64,000 bases of DNA from an uncultured Candidatus Poseidoniales archaeon. GTDB lineage: Archaea; Thermoplasmatota; Poseidoniia; Poseidoniales; Poseidoniaceae. The stretch lies in contig CAXHEV010000002.1 of the NCBI GenBank assembly GCA_964015875.1, positions 141,307 through 205,306 of the forward strand. Direction: 5' to 3'. Below, piece after piece: positions 7,438 through 16,893 of the stretch (the first letter of the stretch is position 1; the number at the start of each line of letters is the position of its first letter). Made by a program: the position numbers and the translations under genes. Under the pieces are notes generated by a model. That model was not told the DNA's origin, ran no database searches, and worked only from the letters and a program-made list of their open reading frames with translations.

Positions 7438-10185
7438 ATGACGATTGTAATTCTGGCCGAGAAACCAAGCGTCGCCAACGATATTGCCAATGTCCTCGGA
7501 GTAAAAGGAAAACACGAAACTCACTGGCAAGGAGACGGTATTGTCGTGACATGGGCCGTCGGTCATTTGCTGCAACTGAAGTACATGGATGATTACGATG
7601 CAGCCTTCAAGGATTGGAGGAAAACCGTTGACCGTCTACCATATGTTCCTGAGACCTTTGAGTACAAGCCAATTGGAGGACGCGGAAAAAAACAACTCAC
7701 TGCTGTTTCAAAATTGATCAAGGATAAATCCGTCACAGAAATAGTCAATGCATGTGACGCTGCTCGAGAAGGAGAATTGATTTTTCGAACCATTGTTCAG
7801 CATACGAAATCCAAAGTAAAAACATCTCGAATGTGGCTCCAATCAATGACCAAGGATGCCATTACAACTGCTTACGAAGGACGCAAAGACGGAATTGAAT
7901 ACAATGCGTTAAGGGATGCTGCATACGCTCGTTCAGAAGCCGATTGGATCATTGGCATGAATGGTTCAAGAATTGCCAACTCGTTCCTACCACGTAAGAG
8001 AAATGAACGTGCGGCGATTTCACTCGGTCGAGTTCAGACGGCTACCCTCGCAATGGTAGTCGACCACGAACTCGAGGTTCTGGGCCACAAACCACTGCCA
8101 TTTTGGCAACTTAATGCAGATTTCAAGGCTGGAGAGGCAACCTGGAACGCACGATGGGAGCGCAAAAACCACGTAGACAACCCAGACGAACCAGATTACA
8201 AAGCACACAGAATTGTAGAACAAGCAGAGCACGATCGGCTCAAACAAATCGTGGAGTCTGGTGCCCAAGCAAACGTAGACGAAACTCGGCGGGACGCCAA
8301 GGAGAAGCCACCTCTCAATTTTGATTTGACTAGCCTGCAACGTGAAGCAAATAACCTCTGGTCGTGGTCAGCAAAACGAACACTTGGCATCGCCCAGAAC
8401 CTCTATGCCGACCTCAAACTTACGACGTATCCTCGTACAGATTCTAGACACTTACCGACAGATATGAAGGAAGAAACCAACAAAATCATTCGGCAACTCG
8501 GCGCACAGAGCGATTACAATGACTACAGTTCAAAATTAATTTCTGATGGACTTCAAAACACGGGACGGAATTTCGATAACGCAAAGGTTAGCGACCACTT
8601 TGCTATTATCCCAACAGGGAAAATTCCTGATGGTTTCTCGAGCACAGATCACCAAAAATTGTACGATTTAATCGTCCGTACGTTTCTCGCTTCTTGGCAC
8701 CCACCTGCCGTTTGGGATGTGCAAAAGCGTATTGCTACGATTGAAGGGGAACGCTTCCTGAAGGAAGTCAGAACGATTAAAACGCCTGGCTGGAGAGCCG
8801 TACGACCAAAGAAGCAAGATTTACCTGAGGGTTGGAATACGCTTCCAACAAACCCCTGTAAGGCAGACATCAGTGAATTTGAATTCAAAGAAGAACGATC
8901 GAAACCAAAGGGGCGACTCAAGGAAGCTGGATTATTGCGACTTATGGAGCACGCAGGAAAACACATCGAGGATGAAGATCTTGCTGCAGCACTGAAGGAA
9001 AAGGGGTTAGGGACGCCCGCTACCCGAGCGGATACCATAGAGAAATTGGTTGACCGAGGGTACATTCTTCGTGCCCGTGGTGGAAGTATTAGCGCTGCTG
9101 CACATGGGATTCGAATTATCGATGTGCTCCGCAGAATACCCGTGGAGTGGATAACATCTCCAGAACTCACGGGAGAAATGGAGGCATCGTTGCTTCGTGT
9201 ACAACGAGGTGACGATCCCAAAGCGACCTACATGAACGCTATAGTAGAACAAACCACCTCACTGGTCGAGAGAATCAAGAACCACGACCGGGCGGAACTC
9301 TATCTCAAGGAGGAATCGGTTGGATGCTGCCCCTCATGCTCTGCTGATATCAAAGAGACAACTCTTTCTTATCAATGCGAAAAGAATGAAGGACGTGACA
9401 AAGGTTGTCCATTCGTATTTTGGAAGGACACCAGTGGTCGCTGGTTTGACAGGGTCACGGCAGCCCGCTTAATCGAAGAAAGAGAACTCAGTGATCTTCA
9501 TGGATTTTTCAGCAGGTCTGGGGAAGCCTATGTTGCTAGCGTGAAGTTAACCGACGAAGGGCGCGTTGAATTTGTTGGGGGAGGGCAATCCTCAACCGAT
9601 GAAAATGATGAAGAATTATGCCCTTGTCCAACATGCGATCATGGCACGATTCGTATTGGCCAAACCATGTATGCTTGTGACTATGCAGATTGTAAATTCC
9701 GCGGCTTGTCCAAAGAAATGTGTAAGCGGTTCATCACACCAGATGAAGCCAAGGTCATTATGACCAAAGGTAAATCAGATCTTCTGGAAGATTTCACTTC
9801 AAAACGTGGAAGGCCTTTCAAAGCCTTCCTAGTCATTGAGAACACCCGAGTAAAGTTTGATTTCCCACCACGAGAAGCGGCCGCTGATGCAAAGCGATTC
9901 CCAATCTCACCCGGCGTCGTTGCCGTCTGTCCGAACACGAAGGTGAACATCGTAGAAACCGAGACACACTACCAAGCTGAAGAAGGGTCAACAGGTTGTA
10001 AATTACAGATTGCAAGGGAGATTTCGAAGAGAGAAATCACTCGAGAAGAGGCAAAGGAATTAATTGAAAAGAGAACACTTGGCCCTTTCCATGATTGGAA
10101 GTCTAAGAAAACTGGTAAAGACTTCTCCGCATCTATTTACATCAAAAAGAACGAGAGCATTGGCTACAAGTTCGCTAAGCGCTGA
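7438..10185 (+). CDS. topA: DNA topoisomerase, type IA (archaeal TopA / topoisomerase III-like) with C-terminal zinc ribbons
   Basis: MTIVILAEKPSVANDIA (catalytic Glu context), the TOPRIM block ACDAAREGELIF, the active-site Tyr block LTTYPRTDSRHL, and the GTPATRA block. The C-terminal region has repeated CxxC...CxxC ribbons (CPSCSADI..., CPCPTCDHG...CDYADC, CPNTK...). Confidence 0.9.
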   Translation: MTIVILAEKPSVANDIANVLGVKGKHETHWQGDGIVVTWAVGHLLQLKYMDDYDAAFKDWRKTVDRLPYVPETFEYKPIGGRGKKQLTAVSKLIKDKSVTEIVNACDAAREGELIFRTIVQHTKSKVKTSRMWLQSMTKDAITTAYEGRKDGIEYNALRDAAYARSEADWIIGMNGSRIANSFLPRKRNERAAISLGRVQTATLAMVVDHELEVLGHKPLPFWQLNADFKAGEATWNARWERKNHVDNPDEPDYKAHRIVEQAEHDRLKQIVESGAQANVDETRRDAKEKPPLNFDLTSLQREANNLWSWSAKRTLGIAQNLYADLKLTTYPRTDSRHLPTDMKEETNKIIRQLGAQSDYNDYSSKLISDGLQNTGRNFDNAKVSDHFAIIPTGKIPDGFSSTDHQKLYDLIVRTFLASWHPPAVWDVQKRIATIEGERFLKEVRTIKTPGWRAVRPKKQDLPEGWNTLPTNPCKADISEFEFKEERSKPKGRLKEAGLLRLMEHAGKHIEDEDLAAALKEKGLGTPATRADTIEKLVDRGYILRARGGSISAAAHGIRIIDVLRRIPVEWITSPELTGEMEASLLRVQRGDDPKATYMNAIVEQTTSLVERIKNHDRAELYLKEESVGCCPSCSADIKETTLSYQCEKNEGRDKGCPFVFWKDTSGRWFDRVTAARLIEERELSDLHGFFSRSGEAYVASVKLTDEGRVEFVGGGQSSTDENDEELCPCPTCDHGTIRIGQTMYACDYADCKFRGLSKEMCKRFITPDEAKVIMTKGKSDLLEDFTSKRGRPFKAFLVIENTRVKFDFPPREAAADAKRFPISPGVVAVCPNTKVNIVETETHYQAEEGSTGCKLQIAREISKREITREEAKELIEKRTLGPFHDWKSKKTGKDFSASIYIKKNESIGYKFAKR

Positions 10186-10256
10186 ACACTGTAAATTGGC
10201 CTGAATACAGGCCATTGTGGGCGAAGATTGATGGGTGGGACTTCCTAGATACATGC

Positions 10257-11471
10257 ATGCTCGACCGGTCTTGGGACGTTATCATCGTCGGGGCGGGCCC
10301 AACAGGTGGGCGTGCTGCGACCCACCTTGCCTCACTTGGACACTCGGTATTGATGCTTGAAGAGCATAATGAAATCGGGCGACCATTCCAATGCGCAGGC
10401 CTGGTGACTCCAAAAGCGATGCATGAAGTGGGACTCTACGATTCTGTGCTTCAAGAGATTGATGGCGCCCGAATCCACGGGCCCGATGGGACATTGGTGC
10501 CAGTCGGGACTGAAGGTAAGTTGCGCACCTATGTGGTGTGTCGAAAGCAATTCGATCAAGGCGTGGTCCAACAAGCCATGCAAGCAGGCGCCACACTGTC
10601 ATTGAATTCCACCCCTGTTGAAGCCACAGCGACAGATGATGGTGTGGACTTACAGATCAACATCGATGGTGAAGTTGTATCCATGAACACCAGATTGCTC
10701 ATTGGTTGTGATGGTGCTCACAGCTGGACGCGCAGGAATTTTAAGATGGGGCGACCCAACGAAATGATGATTGGATTTCAAACTGAAGTTCAGGGTTATG
10801 AAGGTAAAAATCGCTGGCTTGAAATGTACAGTGGTTCGGCGATTGCTCCCGGATTTTTTGCTTGGGTGATTCCCTCCGGTTTTGGAAGCCATAGGATTGG
10901 AGTTTGGTCGACACCCGACCGCCTTGACGGAAAAAGTGTGGAACAGTGCTATGAAGACCTGTTGAATCACGAAATGTGGCACGATAGGTTCGAAAACATC
11001 ACTGAAACAGCAAGGTATTGTGGACCTATTCCGAGTGGGATGGTGAAGAAAACCGTAAGCAACCGAGTCATCCTCCTTGGCGATGCTGCAGGGATGGCCA
11101 AACCTACAACAGGTGGGGGCATTGGCCCTGGGTTCCGTCAAATAAAGGGTATTCTAAAGCCGCTGTCTGAGGCAATTAAAGCGAATGAACTCAATGAAAA
11201 GCAACTCCACAAAATTACGAATAAGCACTTCATGGCGATGAAGAAAGATCAAGACAAAGCTCGTGCGTTGCGCAACTTACTTGTTTCAGATACTTCCGAT
11301 AAGGAACTCAACAAACATTTCACCAATTTCGCGAGGGAAGATGTTCTGGAGTTAATCAACGAAATTGGTGACATTGAAAAACCAGTTCCGCTTGGCCTTG
11401 CCCTGATCAAAAAAGTTCCAGCATTCCGGCGTTTGGCACTTCGTGCAGGAACTCGATTGATGTTCCGCTAG
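10257..11471 (+). CDS. Geranylgeranyl reductase family FAD-dependent oxidoreductase (archaeal lipid saturation)
   Basis: WDVIIVGAGPTGGRAATHLASLGHSVLMLEE (FAD Rossmann fold), FQCAGLV, IGCDGAHSWTRR and LLGDAAGMAKPTTGGGI. The start is taken at MLDRSWDV; the open frame begins at 10215. Confidence 0.85.
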   Translation: MLDRSWDVIIVGAGPTGGRAATHLASLGHSVLMLEEHNEIGRPFQCAGLVTPKAMHEVGLYDSVLQEIDGARIHGPDGTLVPVGTEGKLRTYVVCRKQFDQGVVQQAMQAGATLSLNSTPVEATATDDGVDLQINIDGEVVSMNTRLLIGCDGAHSWTRRNFKMGRPNEMMIGFQTEVQGYEGKNRWLEMYSGSAIAPGFFAWVIPSGFGSHRIGVWSTPDRLDGKSVEQCYEDLLNHEMWHDRFENITETARYCGPIPSGMVKKTVSNRVILLGDAAGMAKPTTGGGIGPGFRQIKGILKPLSEAIKANELNEKQLHKITNKHFMAMKKDQDKARALRNLLVSDTSDKELNKHFTNFAREDVLELINEIGDIEKPVPLGLALIKKVPAFRRLALRAGTRLMFR

Positions 11472-11481
11472 GTGATCGTCC

Positions 11482-12630
11482 ATGGGTATAATCAAACTTG
11501 AACAACGAGTAAGATACCCGCCTTTTGAACCTAAGCGGTTCTCACCAAAATCACTGCCAATTGCAACATCAAGTGAAACGATTGCCAGAAATGTGGATGC
11601 TGTTGACATTGCAGACACGTTGACAAAATTCCCACCAAGTTTCCACCTCGGGAGTGAAGAAGATTGGCTGGTCGAACATAGGTATGTGTATGATGGAGAG
11701 ATTTACGACGATTCCAACATCAAGCGTGAACAATCATTCCTTGAGACAGGGCAAATACCTATCATCGTTAAGCGACAGCGCCGAGGATGGTACCTCACTC
11801 CAAATCCGGTGCATAGAGCAGTTCGACGGTTTTTGTCTTTTTCAGTCATGGTGCTGCTCTTGGCACTCGCATATCTGTTCATAGAGCCGTTATTGAGTTC
11901 GATGGGAATCAAGGGCATAGGGACTGGAACCGTTCGCATAGGTTTACTCGATTACCCCGCCTTAGCCATCATTGTAGTACCACTTCTCTTTGCACCATTG
12001 CTCATGAGGGTAGGCGCAAATTTTGTAGATCTTGTTTCTCAACGACGATTTTTGCAATCTGCACCAAACAACCCTGTGATTGAATGTATTCAGAGTCCAC
12101 AAGCGGGGCAGCCATTGCACGTGAATGTTCAGTTTGAAGAGAAACCAGACAACTGGGGGAAGATCGAAGTAATGTGGCGAGTGGGTATCCTTCCACCAGC
12201 GAGGGAAGAGTTGTTCAGTCGATTGGGCCGCTCCCCCGAAGCACAGCCTCCACCAGGTCTCACGACGCCGCTACCACATCATTGGGAAATTGGACTCGAT
12301 GACGGTACAGGTGGCGGCGAAGAATCACCAATGGAACATCATGAAGTGAAGGGTGGACTATTTCTCCGACCGATGAGGGTGATGGAATTTGGCGGTCGGG
12401 TGCCGTGGACTTCAGCAACAATGGAGTTGGATCCTCCACCAAATGAGTGGCCAGGGACCGTTTCTTCATCGTTAATTCGAATTCACTGGGAAATCATCAT
12501 TCGCATCGAAAGAAAAAACGCTGGTTCCCTAATGTTCGTCGAGCCACTGGCCGTCGCTCATCCCGCAAAGCCATCATCCTTCACTAGGCTGCCAACCAAT
12601 GATGGTCGAACCGAATCAGATCAATTGTGA
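11482..12630 (+). CDS. Hypothetical membrane protein
   Basis: 382 aa, 10 nt after the upstream stop. It has two or three central hydrophobic helices (FLSFSVMVLLLALAYLFIEPLL, YPALAIIVVPLLFAPLLM). No family recognised. Confidence 0.6.
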   Translation: MGIIKLEQRVRYPPFEPKRFSPKSLPIATSSETIARNVDAVDIADTLTKFPPSFHLGSEEDWLVEHRYVYDGEIYDDSNIKREQSFLETGQIPIIVKRQRRGWYLTPNPVHRAVRRFLSFSVMVLLLALAYLFIEPLLSSMGIKGIGTGTVRIGLLDYPALAIIVVPLLFAPLLMRVGANFVDLVSQRRFLQSAPNNPVIECIQSPQAGQPLHVNVQFEEKPDNWGKIEVMWRVGILPPAREELFSRLGRSPEAQPPPGLTTPLPHHWEIGLDDGTGGGEESPMEHHEVKGGLFLRPMRVMEFGGRVPWTSATMELDPPPNEWPGTVSSSLIRIHWEIIIRIERKNAGSLMFVEPLAVAHPAKPSSFTRLPTNDGRTESDQL

Positions 12631-12669
12631 ACGCGACACATTGAAAGACGGCCAAGGCTAAGCCACATC

Positions 12670-15600
12670 ATGAATCGACCGGCCTTGCCTGCACTGCTTC
12701 TCGTCGCGTTGCTCGGACTTGCTGGGTGTTTCGGTGCAGTCGAGCCTGAAGAGCCCGAAGTCATCGATCAACCCATCGTACTCGAAGAACCAACGGTCGA
12801 ATGGATTTCTCCACCGGGTACAATCGAACTCGATGGTACTCCAATCATTCTTCAAATTAAATTCCAAAGTGAAGATTGGGCATTGACTCCATCAATTGTC
12901 ACACCCGATTTCGATCAAGTATCAGCCTACGGTTGGTCACAAACTATGCAGGGTTTTTCTCTTGAGTTTCTACCATCCATGCTAGGCAACTATACCGTGA
13001 ATGTGGGTATTGAACCTGTAGAACAGGACGCAATTGCCCCAATAGTCTCATCCCTTGTGCACACTATTGAGGTTGTAGAACCTGTTGCCCAAGCTCCGGT
13101 GTTAAACGCCCCAGTGCGAGAACTACTTGAGGAACCCAACCTGCTCTGGTTTGAAGGGTCTGTGGAGCATCAAGATTTGGATACATGTGCGATGGAATAT
13201 TCGGTTTCTGATGGCAGCAGTGGTTCAATCACAATCAAGGAAGATGGCTCATGGAAGGTCCTCCTTGATTTCACAGAAATTGAAGATACGATGACGGTGA
13301 CTACAATCGCCACATGCGGAAAGTTCACTCAACTTTCTGATACAACAGGGACATTAGTCATGCTGGAGGGGGGCGGTGCGGATGCTGATGGTGACGGAAT
13401 CCAGGATACTACCGACCGTTGTCCAAATGGAATAGGTGAGGCTGAGGGATGGAAGTCAAATCAAAATACGGATAAGGACAATGATGGTTGTCGCGATGTT
13501 GACGAAGATGATGATGATGACAATGATGGCGTGTTAGACGTGCATGACCTTTGTCCAAATTCCCTCGGTTGGATTAGTTCTCCTGATGCAGATTTTGATT
13601 CTGATGGGTGTCATGATGCTGATGATGACGAAGACGATGACAATGATGGTGTTCTCGATGTTGACGATTCTTGTCAATATGGTCGGGTTGGTTGGAGTTC
13701 TACCTTGTACACCGATTGGGATGGGGATGGATGCCTCGACCTTGATGAGGACAATGATGACGATAACGATGGTGCACTTGACGAAGTGGACCTTTGTCCT
13801 AAAGGTTTCACATCATGGCTAAGAGACACAAATACTGATTTCGACAATGATGGTTGCGCAGATGCCTCAGAAGATGACGATGACGACAATGATAATGTCG
13901 AAGATGTCAATGCCACGGGTGCCCCCCTCGATCTTTGCCCTCGCACTCCCGCCAATGCCACAGACGTTGACGAATTTGGTTGTGCAGCCGTTCAAAGAGA
14001 CAGTGATTCCGATGGCGTCAATGATGCCGAGGATGTTTGTGAAGGAACACCAGAAGGTTTGATTGTCAACGAAGTTGGCTGTGCTGACATTGATGGCGAT
14101 GGAGTATCGGCGAACAACGATGTATGTCCAAATTCTCCAAACCGATGGACTATCGACGAAACTGGTTGTGCTGTCGTACAATTACCTGTGTCATGGCAAA
14201 CAGCTTCAAGCCTCAATGGGCCGCTGCAAACCGTTCCACATTTCTCACTACCAACGTTAGATGGGACGTTTTATTTCCAACAACAGTGGACCGGCTACGA
14301 CATCTACTTTTTCCTCTTCAAGTACACTGATGGTTCCGGAAACTCGAATGCTGGAACCTGGGGACAAAGCCCCGGCCCCTTCATCCGTGCTCTTCCCAAC
14401 AATGTTCACCTGTTCTATGGTTCGTTCGATACCACATACCACAACGATGTGATCAATCAAAAAGCCGCTGTTGAAAATGCGTTAAACCCTGATGAAGAGC
14501 AATTGTGGGCAGACCGTATCCACTACATCGACCAAAGAGCCGGAACCCTTAGCGGAGGTATTGGTGATATGATTACGAGTTTCAACAATCCTCGATACAT
14601 GGGAATTGATCGGTTCCAACAGGCACGAGAAACTGGCTCTCTCTATGCGTGGACGTCACAATCAAATGACCCTACGCACCTGATTCACGAACCACATCAA
14701 TGGAACGCCGAGTTCCCTGTGGAAATACGAAGAAGTGATCCCGCCATCGAGGAGGTCACACTTTGGGACTTCGATCGACACTCTGGCGGATGGGGTGGAG
14801 GTTTCACATCTGCACAATCTGCTGAATTCCCATCGAATTTAACCACATATGACACGCTGGAAGTCTACCATGAACATGCATGTGATGAGCGTTCAAACAG
14901 ATACCAAAAATCAGACGGGTCCTATGGTGGCTGTCATGAGTGGGATTACGAGGCAAATCTCAGAATTTGCGATCGTGATAACGCTTCATCGTGTGGCACA
15001 GAATTCATGCGATGGATTACAACGTACGGTCGAGAAGGGAAGTGGCTGACTGACATTTCACCATACCTCTTCATGCTTGAGAATGATGATAATAGGACGT
15101 TCAAGTATCGAGGTGCCAACAAAGGCGACCTTACCATTACCTTGTTGTTCAGTGATTGGGGTTCGAATGAACGAGGAGATGAAGCAACGTTTGCATTCAC
15201 TGGGGGGCAATTCGATGGAACATACAACGACGAATCAATCTACACGAGACAGCTCAATTTCACCGTGCCATCTTGGGCAACACGAGTTGAGATTGTCGCA
15301 ACAATTACCGGTCATGGCTTTGGACAGGATAATGCGAACTGTGCAGAATTTTGCGACCATGAACATCACTATTCTATGAATGGTTATTCGACATATGAGT
15401 GGCACCCAATTGTAAGTTCCAATGAAGGTTGTGAAAATGAAGTGTCGAATGGCGTTGTCGCCAACCAATTTGGTTCGTGGCCGTTTGGAAGAGCGGGATG
15501 GTGTGCAGGACAAGATGTCAAACAATGGACACACGATATCACATCGTGGGTTGATACTACTGGCGCTAATAACCACTTGACCTACCAAGGGTTGTTGAAC

Positions 15601-15699
15601 GGACAAGAATATGTCCCATCAGACGGCATTGGAAACGGGCAAAGAAACATTCATGCAGAAATTTGGATTGTATTCTACAATTCGACCGACATTGAATGA
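12670..15699 (+). CDS. Secreted lipoprotein with TSP3 calcium-binding repeats and a C-terminal PNGase F-like (peptide N-glycanase) domain
   Basis: 1009 aa. It has a signal peptide with a lipobox-like LLGLAGC. About 12 DxDxDGxxDxxDxCP-type repeats span 13381-14135. The C-terminal ~315 aa aligns block by block with Elizabethkingia PNGase F (CHEWDYEANL vs CDEWDRYANV; ITGHGFGQDNANCAEFC vs ISGWGHA..GCAEWC; GSWPFGRAGWCAGQDV vs GNWAPDRAGWCPGMAV). Confidence 0.85.
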   Translation: MNRPALPALLLVALLGLAGCFGAVEPEEPEVIDQPIVLEEPTVEWISPPGTIELDGTPIILQIKFQSEDWALTPSIVTPDFDQVSAYGWSQTMQGFSLEFLPSMLGNYTVNVGIEPVEQDAIAPIVSSLVHTIEVVEPVAQAPVLNAPVRELLEEPNLLWFEGSVEHQDLDTCAMEYSVSDGSSGSITIKEDGSWKVLLDFTEIEDTMTVTTIATCGKFTQLSDTTGTLVMLEGGGADADGDGIQDTTDRCPNGIGEAEGWKSNQNTDKDNDGCRDVDEDDDDDNDGVLDVHDLCPNSLGWISSPDADFDSDGCHDADDDEDDDNDGVLDVDDSCQYGRVGWSSTLYTDWDGDGCLDLDEDNDDDNDGALDEVDLCPKGFTSWLRDTNTDFDNDGCADASEDDDDDNDNVEDVNATGAPLDLCPRTPANATDVDEFGCAAVQRDSDSDGVNDAEDVCEGTPEGLIVNEVGCADIDGDGVSANNDVCPNSPNRWTIDETGCAVVQLPVSWQTASSLNGPLQTVPHFSLPTLDGTFYFQQQWTGYDIYFFLFKYTDGSGNSNAGTWGQSPGPFIRALPNNVHLFYGSFDTTYHNDVINQKAAVENALNPDEEQLWADRIHYIDQRAGTLSGGIGDMITSFNNPRYMGIDRFQQARETGSLYAWTSQSNDPTHLIHEPHQWNAEFPVEIRRSDPAIEEVTLWDFDRHSGGWGGGFTSAQSAEFPSNLTTYDTLEVYHEHACDERSNRYQKSDGSYGGCHEWDYEANLRICDRDNASSCGTEFMRWITTYGREGKWLTDISPYLFMLENDDNRTFKYRGANKGDLTITLLFSDWGSNERGDEATFAFTGGQFDGTYNDESIYTRQLNFTVPSWATRVEIVATITGHGFGQDNANCAEFCDHEHHYSMNGYSTYEWHPIVSSNEGCENEVSNGVVANQFGSWPFGRAGWCAGQDVKQWTHDITSWVDTTGANNHLTYQGLLNGQEYVPSDGIGNGQRNIHAEIWIVFYNSTDIE
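13381..14135 (+). repeat. In-frame tandem array of TSP3 / Asp-rich calcium-binding repeats
   Basis: Recurring DNA and protein units, for example DNDGCRDVDEDDDDDNDGVLDVHDLCPNS, DSDGCHDADDDEDDDNDGVLDVDDSCQYG, DGDGCLDLDEDNDDDNDGALDEVDLCPKG and DNDGCADASEDDDDDNDNVEDV. GAT/GAC-rich. Confidence 0.8.
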
Positions 15700-16884
15700 T
15701 CACGATTGTACTGGAACCGGTGAAGGTACATTCCCTTCAGCTTCATTCAGGATTGGGGTTTCTAGCAAGACGTAGTCACTGTCCCTACGTTGTGGAACAA
15801 AGCCTGCTCGTCGAATGACATGCTGAAGTTCTTTTTCACTCGCACTGAACTTCGTTGTTCCTGAAGCAGAAACGACATTTTCCTCCATCATTGTTGACCC
15901 GACATCATTGGCTCCACCAAATAAGGCCATTTGAGCGGTTTTAATTCCCATTGTAGGCCACGATGATTGGATGCTTGGAATTGAGTCTAAGAACAACCGG
16001 GAAACAGCGACATGCCGCAAGTATTCCGAAGATCCTGCTCCCAATGTGACACGGTTTGTACCCCGATTGCGCCGGCCGAAGCTGTTTGTCTCGAGTTGCA
16101 CAGGCCACGCAATGAAGGATGTAAAGCCGATTCCAAAATCCCTAAGGGATGCATCTTGGAGTGTACGTAAGCGGTGCATGTGTTCAATCCGCTGTTCATT
16201 GGATTCTCCAAAGCCGATGACATTGGTGGCGCTTGTTGTCAGATGGAGACTCTGTGCTTCTTCCATCACACGCAGCCAATTTGCAGGAAGACCTTTCTTA
16301 GGCGATACATCTTTTCTCACATCATCAACCAGCATTTCTGCACCACCTCCTGGCAGACCATGCATACCTGCTGCCTTCAGGCGGGTTAAGACCTCGAGTG
16401 TGGATAATTCGCTGACTTCAGCGATGCCCTCAATTTCAATTGGGCTAAAGCAGTCAATAGCAATGCTCGGGTGATTGGAACGAATATGGGAGAGAAGTTC
16501 CTCATACCATTCGAACGGGAGTTCGGGGTTGACTCCACCCTGCATGAGAATTCGTACGCCACCGATTTCTTCTAAAGCCTCAATTCGGCCTGAAATTTCT
16601 TCGAAAGATTGAGTGTAGGTTTCATCATGACCAGGCGGACGGTAAAATGAACAAAATTGACAATTGATAGTACATACATTGGTGTAGTTGATGTTTCGAT
16701 CTACAAGATAAGTGACTTTTGAAGGACCATGCATGGCAATTCGTCGCTGGTGGGCGGCTGTCATCAGTTGGTGTAGGGGTGCATCGTTGTAGAGGACAAG
16801 ACCCTCCTCTGGAGTCAAGCGAAGTTCATCAGCGGTTTCCCTCGACCAAAACGACTGACGTCGCAAAATGTGGTTCCACTCCAT
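15700..16884 (-). CDS. Radical SAM enzyme of the MqnE/MqnC/CofH family (probably futalosine-pathway menaquinone biosynthesis)
   Basis: 394 aa. NINYTNVCTINCQFCSFYR is the CxxxCxxC cluster in the context typical of MqnC/MqnE/CofH. Also GGVRILMQGGVNPELP, and a C-terminal GANDVGSTMMEENVV block. I cannot assign the subfamily by eye. Confidence 0.8.
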   Translation of the reverse strand: MEWNHILRRQSFWSRETADELRLTPEEGLVLYNDAPLHQLMTAAHQRRIAMHGPSKVTYLVDRNINYTNVCTINCQFCSFYRPPGHDETYTQSFEEISGRIEALEEIGGVRILMQGGVNPELPFEWYEELLSHIRSNHPSIAIDCFSPIEIEGIAEVSELSTLEVLTRLKAAGMHGLPGGGAEMLVDDVRKDVSPKKGLPANWLRVMEEAQSLHLTTSATNVIGFGESNEQRIEHMHRLRTLQDASLRDFGIGFTSFIAWPVQLETNSFGRRNRGTNRVTLGAGSSEYLRHVAVSRLFLDSIPSIQSSWPTMGIKTAQMALFGGANDVGSTMMEENVVSASGTTKFSASEKELQHVIRRAGFVPQRRDSDYVLLETPILNEAEGNVPSPVPVQS

Positions 16885-16893
16885 GCGTTTCCC

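Noticed and set aside
8649-9221. 190-aa antisense ORF inside topA. Similar long antisense ORFs occur at 10650-11141, 15971-16474, 26832-27368, 27905-28429, 34525-34956, 39240-39896, 40781-41320, 43787-44134 and 50387-50779.
   Set aside because: All lie wholly within strongly supported genes on the opposite strand. They have Ser/Arg/Pro-rich compositions typical of antisense frames and no recognisable motifs.
13381-14135. GAT/GAC-rich tandem DNA repeats, considered as a microsatellite or CRISPR-like array
   Set aside because: They are in frame and encode TSP3 Asp-rich calcium-binding repeats. There is no repeat-spacer regularity and no cas genes.
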